NCBI GenBank assembly: GCA_024346625.1
Contig: AP024664.1
Location: 2,790,001-2,854,000 of the forward strand
Direction: 5' to 3'
Length of the DNA stretch: 64,000 nucleotides
Source: Williopsis jadinii
Taxonomy: Eukaryota
Part shown: piece after piece, positions 33,321-44,497 of the stretch
Position numbering within the stretch: the first letter of the stretch is position 1
Layout: each line of letters starts with the position of its first letter
The notes under the pieces: model-generated
What the model was told of the DNA's origin: nothing
Database searches by the model: none
The model's input: only the letters and a program-made list of their open reading frames with translations
Position numbers and translations under genes: made by a program

Positions 33321-33565
33321 GAAGAAGCATCGCCCTGCTAATAATATACAATGATTTTATCATGATGTTGAAGGCTCATCGTATTGCACATAGTTCAACA
33401 CTTACTGTAGGGGCCTGTTGTGGTGTACGGGTGTGTCCCCATACCAAATATCCAACGGTTTTTTTTTCCGCTCTGCTCATCGCAGATTTTTTTTCTTGTA
33501 ACAACAATTCGAATTCTCCCCTTCTGTTTTGTTTTATACCTCTGTGTACAAACACTAGTGGCTCA

Positions 33566-36500
33566 ATGTCTGCTATAAATAACGCCTTCGTTACTACGCT
33601 TGAAGAGACCTTGCAGCAGGCTACTCAACCTGACTCCCGAGTCATCAAAGCGGCAACAAACAAGCTTAACAATGAGCTTTATGTCTCACCAGAGGCACTG
33701 CCTTCTATGTTGTACATTCTCCAGAGTAACGGTTCTGAACAGATCCGTATGCTTGCCTCTGTCGAGGGGAGAAAACTTGTTGACAAGCATTGGGATGCTT
33801 TGGACGTGTCCACCAAGCAACAGATCAAGGAGAATGTTGTTGTGATTGCGTTTTCCGAGGCTTCCAAGGCTATCCGTCATCAAATTGCTCATATCATCTC
33901 TGCTATCGCCAGTGCTGAGTCTGAAGATGGTAAGCCATGGTCCGACTTGGTTCAACTTCTTGCCACAGCCTCAACAGATGACAACAATGTTCCAGGAAAA
34001 GAGACTGCGTTGTTCATTTTGGTGTCCCTCTTGAAGACCGGCATGCCAGAGTTGGCCCAAGGAATCACCTCTTTCATCGAACTATTCTCCAAGACAATTC
34101 ATGATCCATCATCTTTGGAAGTTCGTGTCCAATCCCTCTTTGCTTTGTCAAATGTTGCTGAGATTGCTGATGAATTCATTGACTCTCAACCTCAAGTTGG
34201 AGGATTGTTCAAGGCTACTATCCCAGCCATGGTTGACGTTCTTAAGGATGTGATGGCTGCTAATGACGATGAAAACACCAAGGAAGTTTTCAACTGTTTC
34301 AATGACTTCTTGATGTTGGACGCCAAAATGCTTGGTGATGACATCATTGGTTTATTGCAAATCATGATTGAGATCTCCGCCAATACTCAAATCGATGAAG
34401 AGATTAGAGGATACGCTCTTAAGTTCTTGTTATCTGCTGTCAATTTTAGAAAGAACAAGATTTCGTCGAAGAAGTTGGGTAAGGATATTACCCTTGTGGC
34501 TTTGAAGATTGTTTCCGAGCCTGTTGATGCTGAGACGGAATTGGAAGACGACGACGATGATAACGAGAACGAAGAGTCAACCCCATCCCGCTTGGCACTC
34601 AGATTGATTGATGTTGCATCAACAGTGTTGCCATTATCTCAAGTGGTAGGAACCATCTTTGAGCAGCTCCCACACTTGTTGGAATCTTCAAACCTGTTCG
34701 AACGTAGAGCTGGATTTTTGGCCGTTGGTTATGCCGTTTCTGGTGCCCCAGACTTTTACAGTACTAAACTCGACAAAATCCTCACTGGGTTGGTTGCTGG
34801 CTTGAAGGACACTGAGATCTTGGTTAGACTGGCAGCCTTGCGTGCTCTTGCTATGTTGATCATCGACCTGAAGGACCTCATCTCTGTTCACTACGAAACT
34901 CTTTTGCCTTTGATCATCGAGATCATCGACTCCGCTTCCAATGTTACTATCTACAAATATGGTTGTATCTCATTGGATGGTCTCATCGAGTTCATGTCGA
35001 TCGAAGGTATCACTAAGTATTTGGAGCCATTGATGAACAAGCTCTTCCACATGCTTCAAGTCACAACCGAGAACCCAAAACTCAGAGCAATCATCGTCTC
35101 TGCTATTGGGTCAACCGCGTACGCTGCTGGTACTTCATTCATCCCATACTTTGCCAAGTCCGTTGAGACTTTACAGCCATTTATTCAAGATGCTGGAAAT
35201 GTCGAGGGTCTTTCCGTAGATGATATCGAGCTCAGAGCCTTGACGTTTGAGAACATCTCTACTATGGCACGTGCTGTTAAGTCTGAATCATTCTCCCAAG
35301 TTGCTTCGCCATTAATTGATTCTGCATACGTTGCCATCACTTGCGACACCTCCAGATTGAGAGAAGCTGGTTACATTTTCATCTCTAACATGGCCAAGGT
35401 CTACGGTAAGGAGTTTGCTCCATACCTTCACAACATCATGCCACAGATTTACTCAACTCTGCAACAAGAAGAGATTACCTTTGGAGGTGAAGATGATGAA
35501 GAAGAGTTTGATGAGGCCAATGCAGAAGACCTCATGGACAAGGTCCAGGTGCGTACTGGTATTACATTGGAGAAGGAGATGGCTGCAATTGCCCTCTCTG
35601 AGTTAGCTTTTGGTACAAAGGAGCTGTTTGCTCCTTACGTCGAAGAGAGTGTAACAGAATTGTCCCAACAATCTGCTGACTCATACGGTATGAGAGAAAC
35701 CGCACTTGCTAGCTTGTGGAAGGTTGTTGATGCCATGACTTCTACCGTTTTGGAAAAGAAGCAATATCCAAAGGGTATTCCTCAATCTTCCTATGTTCCT
35801 GAGCAAATCTCGGCTTTGATCCAAAAAACTAGAGATCTCTCTATTGAATCGCTTGCCAGTGAGTACGAGTTCAGTATGGTTTGCTCTGTTCTTGAAACAT
35901 TCTCAAACTTGATCTCCAAATACGGTGCGATTATCCTCATTAACGATGGTGATTTGTCATCTTTGGAGCAATTGTGTAATGAATTGATCAGTTTGTTGAA
36001 GGGTGAACACCTGTGCCAATCTTTGGACGACGATGAACTTGAGGAAGATGAGGATAGCTCTGAGATGGATTCATTGATCATCGACAGTGCTCTTGAAGTT
36101 TTGGTTGCCCTCTCTGAGGCTCTTGGAGCCGATTTCAACAGGGTTTTCGAGCCATTCAAGCCATTGGTTTTGACGCTTGTGAAGTCAAAGGATAAAAACA
36201 AGAAGGTTTCTGCAGTTGGTGCTATTGCTGATATTGCTGCAAATGTCAAGGAATCCAATCCTGATACCGATGAGATGTTGCAATTGCTTCTCACTTGCTT
36301 GCAAAATGACAAATCCATTGAGGTCAGAGGTAACGCTGCTTATGGTATTGGTATCCTAATCTTCAACAGTGCAAATGATTATTCTTCCGCATATGCAACC
36401 ATCTTCAACTTACTCTCCAAGTTGTTGACAAAGGTTCAAAAGCAAGAGACCAGTGCAGCTATCGATGATGAAGAGACTCACGACGCCGTGAACAGAGCAT

Positions 36501-36907
36501 ACGCCAATGCATGTGGCTGTGTCTCCAGACTGGCCCTTAAGCAACAAGCATCCACTCCATTGAACATTGTTCTACCAATCTTGTTTGAACACTTGCCATT
36601 GCAAACTGCTTACGAGGAGTACGGCCCAATCTACGAGCTGATCATCAAGTTGTATCAAAATGGTAACGAGGAGATTGTTCCATACACTCCAAATGTCATT
36701 GAGTTACTGTCTCATGTCTTTGACAAAGAGGAGACCACAGATAAGTTGGAAAGCGAGTCTACTCTTGGAAGAGAGGAGAACATTGATGCTAGCAGACAAT
36801 TCCAAGCCCCTGGTTCTAAGCAACACGTTGTTGAACTACTCAAGTTCTTGGAATCAAAGTTCCCAGGTACAGTCTCACAAAATGCTGTTCTGGCCAAGTA
36901 CTTGTAA
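33566..36907 (+). CDS. KAP123: Importin beta-4 karyopherin Kap123
   Basis: HEAT-repeat importin-beta with acidic loops; LRALTFENISTMARAV; between SWI4 and FLO8. ATG 33566. Confidence 0.9.
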   Translation: MSAINNAFVTTLEETLQQATQPDSRVIKAATNKLNNELYVSPEALPSMLYILQSNGSEQIRMLASVEGRKLVDKHWDALDVSTKQQIKENVVVIAFSEASKAIRHQIAHIISAIASAESEDGKPWSDLVQLLATASTDDNNVPGKETALFILVSLLKTGMPELAQGITSFIELFSKTIHDPSSLEVRVQSLFALSNVAEIADEFIDSQPQVGGLFKATIPAMVDVLKDVMAANDDENTKEVFNCFNDFLMLDAKMLGDDIIGLLQIMIEISANTQIDEEIRGYALKFLLSAVNFRKNKISSKKLGKDITLVALKIVSEPVDAETELEDDDDDNENEESTPSRLALRLIDVASTVLPLSQVVGTIFEQLPHLLESSNLFERRAGFLAVGYAVSGAPDFYSTKLDKILTGLVAGLKDTEILVRLAALRALAMLIIDLKDLISVHYETLLPLIIEIIDSASNVTIYKYGCISLDGLIEFMSIEGITKYLEPLMNKLFHMLQVTTENPKLRAIIVSAIGSTAYAAGTSFIPYFAKSVETLQPFIQDAGNVEGLSVDDIELRALTFENISTMARAVKSESFSQVASPLIDSAYVAITCDTSRLREAGYIFISNMAKVYGKEFAPYLHNIMPQIYSTLQQEEITFGGEDDEEEFDEANAEDLMDKVQVRTGITLEKEMAAIALSELAFGTKELFAPYVEESVTELSQQSADSYGMRETALASLWKVVDAMTSTVLEKKQYPKGIPQSSYVPEQISALIQKTRDLSIESLASEYEFSMVCSVLETFSNLISKYGAIILINDGDLSSLEQLCNELISLLKGEHLCQSLDDDELEEDEDSSEMDSLIIDSALEVLVALSEALGADFNRVFEPFKPLVLTLVKSKDKNKKVSAVGAIADIAANVKESNPDTDEMLQLLLTCLQNDKSIEVRGNAAYGIGILIFNSANDYSSAYATIFNLLSKLLTKVQKQETSAAIDDEETHDAVNRAYANACGCVSRLALKQQASTPLNIVLPILFEHLPLQTAYEEYGPIYELIIKLYQNGNEEIVPYTPNVIELLSHVFDKEETTDKLESESTLGREENIDASRQFQAPGSKQHVVELLKFLESKFPGTVSQNAVLAKYL

Positions 36908-37160
36908 GGCAACTGCTGATGCCCAGTGGCGAGTCTGCTGCCATTGTCTGTGTGTATATTAGTGATCGTTTAGTTTATATCAATTATTTTCCTTTAGAGT
37001 CAGTTTCTTCGTAGCCCAAACTGTTGTTTGTTGACATCGAGAGGCTTTTGCCGCTGGTGATGGAAAAATAAACAAACAAACAATCAAAGCGAAGGAATGT
37101 ATTTATACAATCAACAGAACGCTGTAAAGAAGCACTGGAACGTTAATAAGCCTGGCACAG

Positions 37161-38582
37161 ATGGCGGCCAACAGAGTCAAGCAAGATGAACAGAATCGTC
37201 AAGCGCTGCCAGAATTCACATTGACAAATGTGCTGGGAGACGTGAAGAATGTGGTACATGGTCTCATATTCGATCCTGATTATAACGTCATTGTATTCCC
37301 AGGGATCTTCCTCGTCGAGTCGCTGTTAGTAAAAGTGATTAGAGCTCGTGTTCCATACACAGATATCGACTATACGGCGTACATTGATCAGATTGAAATC
37401 ATCAACTCTGGTGAACTCGACTATGAGAATATTTACGGCGTTACAGGCCCGCTGGTGTACCCAGCTGGGTTTGTAAAAATATACCAGGTGATGAATTGGA
37501 TCACAAACGGGACCCAGGATATCGCAATGGGCCAGTTGGTATTTTCATGGCTTTACTTGCTAAATCTGTTCCTTGTGCTGGTGATCTACTTCAATCTGGG
37601 CGTGAAGCCATGGGTCGGCGTTCTGTTGATGTTGTCAAAAAGGCTTCACTCAATTTACATCCTCCGGTTGTTCAACGATGCCTTCACAACGCTTTTCATG
37701 GTTTTGATGGTGCTAGCATTACAATACGCAGGTCTTTACAAGAAATCAATGAGATCTTTGTCCAAGGTGTTGACGAATTTCATCGCTCCAACGTTCTTCT
37801 CATTGGCCCTTTCCATAAAGATGAACGCCCTGTTGTATACACCGGGGTTCTTGCTTATACTTTATTTTCTCAATGATGAGATACTGCTGTCACTGATGAT
37901 ACCACTCGCTGTTGTTCTGTTCTGGCAGTTGTTTATAGGCGCCAGCTTCTTGTTTAACGGGGCAACCATCAGAGAAAGTTATATCACAAATGCATTCGAC
38001 TTTGGACGCCAATTCATGTACAAATGGACAGTGAACTTTCGTTTCGTACCAGAGGAAACTTTCAACTCGACATGTTTCCACAAGTCCCTACTAATAATTC
38101 ACATATGCTTGCTCTTGTTCTTCCTCTTTACAAAATGGGTAACACCGAGAGTGATTTCAAAGTCAATTCCACAGTTCATCAACGATGCGGTACACATCTC
38201 AACAGAAACATTGGAGACTGGTCACATAATCCTCGACAGAGCTTGTGGACCCCGCTATATCGTTGGTGTTTTGGCCAGCTGCAATCTCATTGGAATCATC
38301 TGCGCACGCTCTTTGCATTACCAGTTTCTCTCATGGTACGCTTGGACATACCCATATCTTATCGGTTCAGCAAATACAAACATCGTTATTGGAGTTGCCC
38401 TCTGGACCATTCATGAGTGGTGCTGGAATGTCTATCCAAGTACCTTTGTTAGTTCGCTGGCGCTAGTAACCTGTAACCTGATTGTGTTGGGAATTTACTG
38501 GTTCAGCTCTTGTACTCCACAACCTTCAACACCTAGCGATAATTTACAAGAGCATTCGGATAACGAAAAGAAGACCAAATAA
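37161..38582 (+). CDS. ALG3: Dol-P-Man:Man5GlcNAc2-PP-Dol alpha-1,3-mannosyltransferase
   Basis: VPYTDIDY, GPLVYPAG, SKRLHSIYILRLFND, SIKMNALL, RSLHYQF, EWCWNVYPST. Confidence 0.95.
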   Translation: MAANRVKQDEQNRQALPEFTLTNVLGDVKNVVHGLIFDPDYNVIVFPGIFLVESLLVKVIRARVPYTDIDYTAYIDQIEIINSGELDYENIYGVTGPLVYPAGFVKIYQVMNWITNGTQDIAMGQLVFSWLYLLNLFLVLVIYFNLGVKPWVGVLLMLSKRLHSIYILRLFNDAFTTLFMVLMVLALQYAGLYKKSMRSLSKVLTNFIAPTFFSLALSIKMNALLYTPGFLLILYFLNDEILLSLMIPLAVVLFWQLFIGASFLFNGATIRESYITNAFDFGRQFMYKWTVNFRFVPEETFNSTCFHKSLLIIHICLLLFFLFTKWVTPRVISKSIPQFINDAVHISTETLETGHIILDRACGPRYIVGVLASCNLIGIICARSLHYQFLSWYAWTYPYLIGSANTNIVIGVALWTIHEWCWNVYPSTFVSSLALVTCNLIVLGIYWFSSCTPQPSTPSDNLQEHSDNEKKTK

Positions 38583-38869
38583 TAATATACACAAATATAC
38601 ACATATATAACTATAAACCTGGGATTCCAATTATGGAAAACGAAAATAAAACAACAAAGTTTTCAACTTCAAGTCCAACACAAAGAAACAATGAACACAC
38701 TTTTTAGGGCAAAGAATTAAACATGTGCTGGTCGTGTGAACTCACGACGAGAAAAGAAGAAAAAAGGAATGCTGGTGTTGAAACAAAACCAGAATCCAAG
38801 GAAAGGTCACAATCATGAGAAACGTAAGATGAGGAACAAGAAATCAAATGGTTTGAGCGTACGACAAAG

Positions 38870-38929
38870 AACACTGCAACAAACACTGCAACAAACACTG
38901 CAACAAACACTGCAACAAACACTGCATCA
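38870..38929. repeat. 12-bp tandem repeat (AACACTGCAACA) x5
   Basis: Four perfect copies and one variant, between the ALG3 and FLO8 3' ends. Confidence 0.9.
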
Positions 38930-39004
38930 AAATCACATCACAAAGGTCATTAAAACGAGTATAACATGTCCTGTAGTGGTGTAGAGCACATCATATGGGG
39001 ACAA

Positions 39005-41365
39005 CTACTCTGTAGCTTCCACGCTATCACGCCAATAACTATCAAAGCTGGTTGTAACGTCATTACCATCCGTGTTCAAAAAAGTCTCCAAGTTGAAGTT
39101 ACCATCTCCAGAGATTTCATTTGAAAAATCTGACAGCGTAAATTCAGGATACATTTCATTAGGTAGAGATCCTCCGTTATCCATTAGATTACCAGCAACG
39201 TCTTGACCAAACTCCACCTGTGCATCATTTGGGCCATCAGGGTTTGTCAGCATTACATCGCCACTTGGTGCATTCTCAGATGTTGGGGGAGTAAGTTGTG
39301 ACTGGTTGGAAGGTGTTGGTCCTTCATTGGAATCCTTTGACAGTTGATGGATTTCCTCTTTCACGGTAATGGAAGTGGAAGCGGTTACTGCGGTTCCAGA
39401 ATTTGCCTTGGAAGCATTCGGAGCAGTTACCGGTAATGATATTGGGGGGTTTGGAGTCAATGGAGTTGTTGGAGTTGGTGGTTCAGAATTGTTAGCAGTA
39501 GTCTGTTTCTTTGACTTGCGTCTAGTTGCTGTTTTCTTTCTACCATTTGCTGTTGTTGTGGAAGTAGTGTGCGAGATCGAAGTTGACGCAGTTACAACTG
39601 GAAGAGAAGGTGAGTTGCTGTTCGAGGTAGCCGTCTTTTTAGACTTCGGTGGGGGCATCTTCTTAATGAATGTCTTCTTTTCCTCCTTCTTTGGTTCACT
39701 AAGCATTTTCTTGTTCTCCTTTTCTAGCAACAGAAGTTGCATCTGATAGTCATGTAAAGCGCTCGACCCTGTAGAGCCTTCCTTATCAGATTGAGGTTTC
39801 GTGTCCTCTTTGATGTCTGTAAAGGGAGAATTCTTACTCGAACCATTCTCTAATTTTTGTTTCTTCGAAGGACTTGACCGTTGTTGGCTTTGAGCTTGCG
39901 GTTGTTGCTGTGGATTACCATTTGCCAGAGGAGTTGGTGGACCATACGAGCGTGGTGGAGCTTTGAAATTCTGTGCTTGTTGTTGCTGTTGTTGAGGCTG
40001 TTGAGGCTGTTGAGGCTGTTGAGGCTGTTGAGGTTGTTGAGGTTGTTGAGGTTGTTGTTGTAACTGTTGTTGTTGCATGACAAACTGCTGCTGTCTCAAG
40101 TGATTCATCTGCATCTGGGCCTGAGCTTGAGCCCTCACAAAATTTTGAGGGATTCCACCTGGAACAACTGGAGTCTGAGCTGTAGCACCAGCTTTCTGAC
40201 CTGCAAAGAGTTGGTTCTGTTGCTGCTGGAAGTGATGTTGTACCTCCTGTTGTTGTTGTGATTGGTGTAGTTGTTGTTGCTGAGAAGGAACAAGGAAAGA
40301 TCTCTCTGACTGAGCACCAGCCATGTGTTGCTGCCGCTGCTGCGCCATCACATTCATCATGTTATTCATTGGTTGCTGTGACTGCTGCTGTGGCTGTGGT
40401 TGTAATTGTTGTTGTGATTGTATTTGAGGTTGTGGTTGTTGTTGAAACTGCTGATATGGATTTCCAAACTGCTGCGGTATCATCTGTGATTGAGCACCTA
40501 CAGACGGGGCCTGTGCTTGAACCTGTTGTGGAGTTGGCTGTGTAGCTTGTGGTGTTGACTGTGTAGCCTGCGGCGTTAGTTGTGAAGCCTGGGGACCAGG
40601 CGTAGGTGCCTGTGATGGAGTATGGTGTTGTTGTGAACCTTGGGTGTGAATTTGAACACCAGGCCCTCGATGAGCTTGCTGTGGTTGTTGCTGTGATGAT
40701 GGCCGTTGACCACGGGTTTGAAACGACATCTGAGGATACATTTGAGGTTGTTGTGATTGTTGTTGTAGTTGTTGCTGTTGCGACGCGGTTGAAGCACCCA
40801 TCACCACTCCAGAGTTCATTCCCATACTCACGCCGATGCCCATATGCTGTGATTGTACTGCCTGCGTAGTTGAGTTGTGCAACGCATGCTCCTTGTGTTG
40901 TCTCAACAGCTGCATTTGGTAGTACTGCTGGGCATTATCCGACCCACCACGATGTGTTCTAGCGTTGAACACGTCCCAAAAGATCTGCCACCATTCGTAC
41001 AGGAACCCCTGAGGAGCATCTAGCGATATAGCCAGAGGTAACAGCTCCTTCTGCGGAGCACGTTTGATAACTTTACTCGTAGGCGGTCCTTTAGGGATGT
41101 CCGCCTCCTTCATGAAGCTCCGTGCGGTTCGTGGTAAGGATGACTTGATCAAGAAATCATAGACATAGGCGTTCAGCAGTTGTTTAGAATTCGTCGACTT
41201 GAGGTCATTCACATAGCCGCCACTACCAGTCTCGTCCTGCTTCTGATGAGAGACTGGAGGAGCACTAGAGCCGCCCAGTTGTGAAACCGTTTGGGACAAC
41301 GCTGCCGGCGGCGGTTGTCCGCCCTGCTGTTGTAGTTGATGGTGCGGATGGTTATTGTTGTTCAT
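39005..41365 (-). CDS. FLO8: LisH/LUFS transcription factor Flo8, Q-rich
   Basis: LLNAYVYDFLIKS (LisH), DAPQGFLYEWWQIFWDVFNAR, ALHDYQMQLLLLEKENKK; syntenic with KAP123/GLE2. ATG 41365. Confidence 0.85.
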   Translation of the reverse strand: MNNNNHPHHQLQQQGGQPPPAALSQTVSQLGGSSAPPVSHQKQDETGSGGYVNDLKSTNSKQLLNAYVYDFLIKSSLPRTARSFMKEADIPKGPPTSKVIKRAPQKELLPLAISLDAPQGFLYEWWQIFWDVFNARTHRGGSDNAQQYYQMQLLRQHKEHALHNSTTQAVQSQHMGIGVSMGMNSGVVMGASTASQQQQLQQQSQQPQMYPQMSFQTRGQRPSSQQQPQQAHRGPGVQIHTQGSQQHHTPSQAPTPGPQASQLTPQATQSTPQATQPTPQQVQAQAPSVGAQSQMIPQQFGNPYQQFQQQPQPQIQSQQQLQPQPQQQSQQPMNNMMNVMAQQRQQHMAGAQSERSFLVPSQQQQLHQSQQQQEVQHHFQQQQNQLFAGQKAGATAQTPVVPGGIPQNFVRAQAQAQMQMNHLRQQQFVMQQQQLQQQPQQPQQPQQPQQPQQPQQPQQQQQQAQNFKAPPRSYGPPTPLANGNPQQQPQAQSQQRSSPSKKQKLENGSSKNSPFTDIKEDTKPQSDKEGSTGSSALHDYQMQLLLLEKENKKMLSEPKKEEKKTFIKKMPPPKSKKTATSNSNSPSLPVVTASTSISHTTSTTTANGRKKTATRRKSKKQTTANNSEPPTPTTPLTPNPPISLPVTAPNASKANSGTAVTASTSITVKEEIHQLSKDSNEGPTPSNQSQLTPPTSENAPSGDVMLTNPDGPNDAQVEFGQDVAGNLMDNGGSLPNEMYPEFTLSDFSNEISGDGNFNLETFLNTDGNDVTTSFDSYWRDSVEATE
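39986..40052 (-). repeat. 9-bp coding repeat (PQQ)n in FLO8
   Basis: (TGTTGAGGC/T)n on the plus strand. Confidence 0.85.
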
Positions 41366-44300
41366 CGATAACGATATCAACATATACACACTGGTCACAC
41401 ACAATCAATAACTTAAGAGATCCAAAACTGTGGAAACCGTTTCCTTGTTGTGGCTTTGGTGTTCTGTGTGTGTGTGCACTTTGTGCTTTTTTTTGTTTTC
41501 TCTGGTGATTTGTTGTTTTTGTCGACCCGTTCACAAATACTTGAACTTCAGGGTTAAAAAAAAGAGCTGGAATGGAAAAAAAGAAAAATCCGCTGGCTGT
41601 GAGAAATTCTGTGGGAATTTTCGCAATGTGGTGCTGGAAATTGAATTTTGCAGATAACACCAAAAGGGCGAAAAAAAACCCAAACTCGCTCGAAGAACAC
41701 ACAGTAGATATAGGAGATGGGGTTAATTGGATAAGTGACGAGAAGACACAACAGCTAACACGATAATCTTCTTTATCTGACAATGCTATGCAGTCTTCTA
41801 TACTTCGGGCTTGATCTTACCTCCTTTTGCTATTCCTGCTGATGAAATGGGACAGCCGAAAGTTGCAAACTTGTGGTAATGTTGAATAATGCGAGTGCCC
41901 TGTCTGTGCAATATGTACCGGGTTTTGTGCGTCTTTTGTGAATGTAGGCGAATGTTCTGTTTCACTGACAAGGAGTCAAGGCTGTCAAGAGAGAAGAGGC
42001 GAGTTGTTTTTATCTCTCTTCGATAGGAGTGAGAGCCTATTGAGATGATCTCTTTGGCGTTTGGTAAGGGGTGATCAAACCAATCCTTTTCGTCCTTTAA
42101 AAAGGTGAACGTGGTTTGTTATCTTGGTGAATTTTTTGTTTTGGCGCACCCTTTGTAGCGTGCTCTAGGCTCGTTTTTTTGTTTGTTTTTCCTGCTTTTC
42201 TTTTTCTTTCTCCTTTGAAATTTTATGCTTCGCTATGGGGGGGAGGGGGGAAGGGAAAAAAGAAATTACAGGCTGAACTTAGCACTTTGTTAGTGCAGAA
42301 CACACGTTATTTCGCTTGTAGGTATAATGGTGTAGGAAGAGGAGGAAGATAGCGCAGTTGAGGTTGGTTGATTGCAAAATATCTTTAGTCTGAACTCACA
42401 GTGTTCTGTGTATACTTAGTTTTTTTCGTGTTGGTTTATGTCTACTGATCACCAGATATGTCCAGAATACACCTGTTAATGGTGTGTACTAATTTCGACA
42501 TGGATCTACAATAGTTGTACGATTCAAAGGAGCCTAAAACCGCATAAAAAGAAACTATCATCGTCGAGCCGACGAAACTTAATCCCTAGCACACAATTGT
42601 ACACATTGTAGAGAAGTGCAGTGGTAGCGGGTACAAATGTTGTATAGCTAACAAAGACATACCTGATGGAGATAACAAAGCTTCACACGGTGTCGAAGTT
42701 AGAGATTAGCTTTGGTGCTCGCCCTCCGCCTGAACTTATAGGTCCAAGTGTTCTGCATCAATAAAATCAGTTCTGGATGAAAAGTTCATTGTGTTTTTAG
42801 GATTATGTGGCTTAGTACCACACACAAGAACATTACATCGAACCATCTGAAATTAGCGTCAAAGAAGTCGACGACTTCTGTGAGTAGCACTTCTGTGCAT
42901 AAAATTTCTCCTTCCCCGTACCATCAGCCGAAATGGTGTGATTGGTTGCACTGCTGATATTGTCCATGCTCATAAACCGAAGTTTACTCCTCAAGTCAAA
43001 CTCTGTTGGTTGTAAGTGCTCATGTTGTGGATATGGTGCAAGCACAACTCAGCCTCTGTATTTGCTCACGATATCCTTAAATGATTGTTATGAACCGACC
43101 CTCTCCTCCTTACAGTACCATAACTAACTGCTCAAAATTGATCAGTGACAACGTATTTATGTGCTCGCGACGCTGACGGCTGTAGGCTATAGCCAGTTGA
43201 AATTGACGGATGAAAATTCTCTCGCCTTGAACCCGGACTACGTTGACACGGCATAATGCATATATAGTGCTCGTTGAAACAATCCAATAACTAGTTTGAA
43301 ATCCAGAATCAGAAAGACCCTTCAATGGGGTCGTTTAGACAGACATATGTTGATGTCACGGTGTACTATCTCAAAAGATAGGACTGATACAGCTCACTTC
43401 CACAGTACGTAAAGAGCCATATTAAATACCCAGTCTCCTCATAATATCAACAGGTGGTTAAAAAAGGACAGCCTGAGAGCTGGTCTTACCGATATGCAAC
43501 GTACGAGTTAACTTATTCGGCGTTCTTGAGTTGTTCCGCGTTTGGCCCTACTTTGTCTTACACAGACAAAGCCTTCAAGGGAAGAAAGATGGGATCACCA
43601 TTCGGTCAATTGGGAAACCATGGATACCAATCATATACGTCCATTAGTTGTTCAAACAAGCTACACTTTACTCAACTGCTCTACCCATAGCCAACGCACA
43701 ACGTTGATCATGGCTAGTAGTCTGACAAAGAGAAACGAAACCAATCATGCGGCGAGGCCAAAGACACAAACAAAAAAAAGAAACTCTATGTCGCCGAAAC
43801 AGGCGCCTGAGGTCTCTAATCTGATTGGTCACTGTGCATTGCGAATTTGATCCATATGAGGTGTGGGTTTACAGGACAAATGGTCCCGTTTGTCCTCCAA
43901 CATCCACTGTTATTATTAATCTTCCTAATGTATAATGCCTGGTTGGTATGTTTCTGATCACTTCATAGTGGAGGCTAATTCTCCCTCTCACTTATAGTCA
44001 AAACCGAGCGGTGGCGCACGTTTCGAGCGTCATTATCCGATTATGTATGGCAATCAACTAACCTTGTAGTGTAAAGTAGTTAATGCTTGACAATACGCTT
44101 CCTTTGAAGGCCAGCATCTTCTCTGCACCCAACTGTTTGGTTATAGGTATAATATGAATTGACCGGAAGGATCGTCTACAGAGACGAAGCGCACCACGTA
44201 CTGTCATTTTGACAGGATCTACTGTCGAAGGATTGTTTCTTTTCATGTACGCCTGAAGACACAGGTTATATGTGACAGATCATGCCAGTGGAAGTGTGGC

Positions 44301-44497
44301 ACCTACAGACGGCGCCTTTTGGAATTTCGCGGAGAGCAAAGTTACACCCTCGGGAAGTTGCAGTTGGTTTGTAAGGCGATGAGAACTTGAAAGAGGTTGG
44401 AACTACAGCTAATAAGCACAGTTCTAAGTAAGTGGTGTAAGATTTGACGATATTATAATAATCTCTTCTGCTAGACGATATCCGCTAACAAATGGTC

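Noticed and set aside
33317..33565. N-terminal extensions in the ORF track (KAP123; likewise ARO7, CCW14, GLE2, catalase, SMK1)
   Set aside because: Mostly non-ATG starts, or extensions through promoter-like sequence; homology begins at the downstream ATG. The upstream ARO7 ATG at 4471 is in frame, but there is no evidence it is used.
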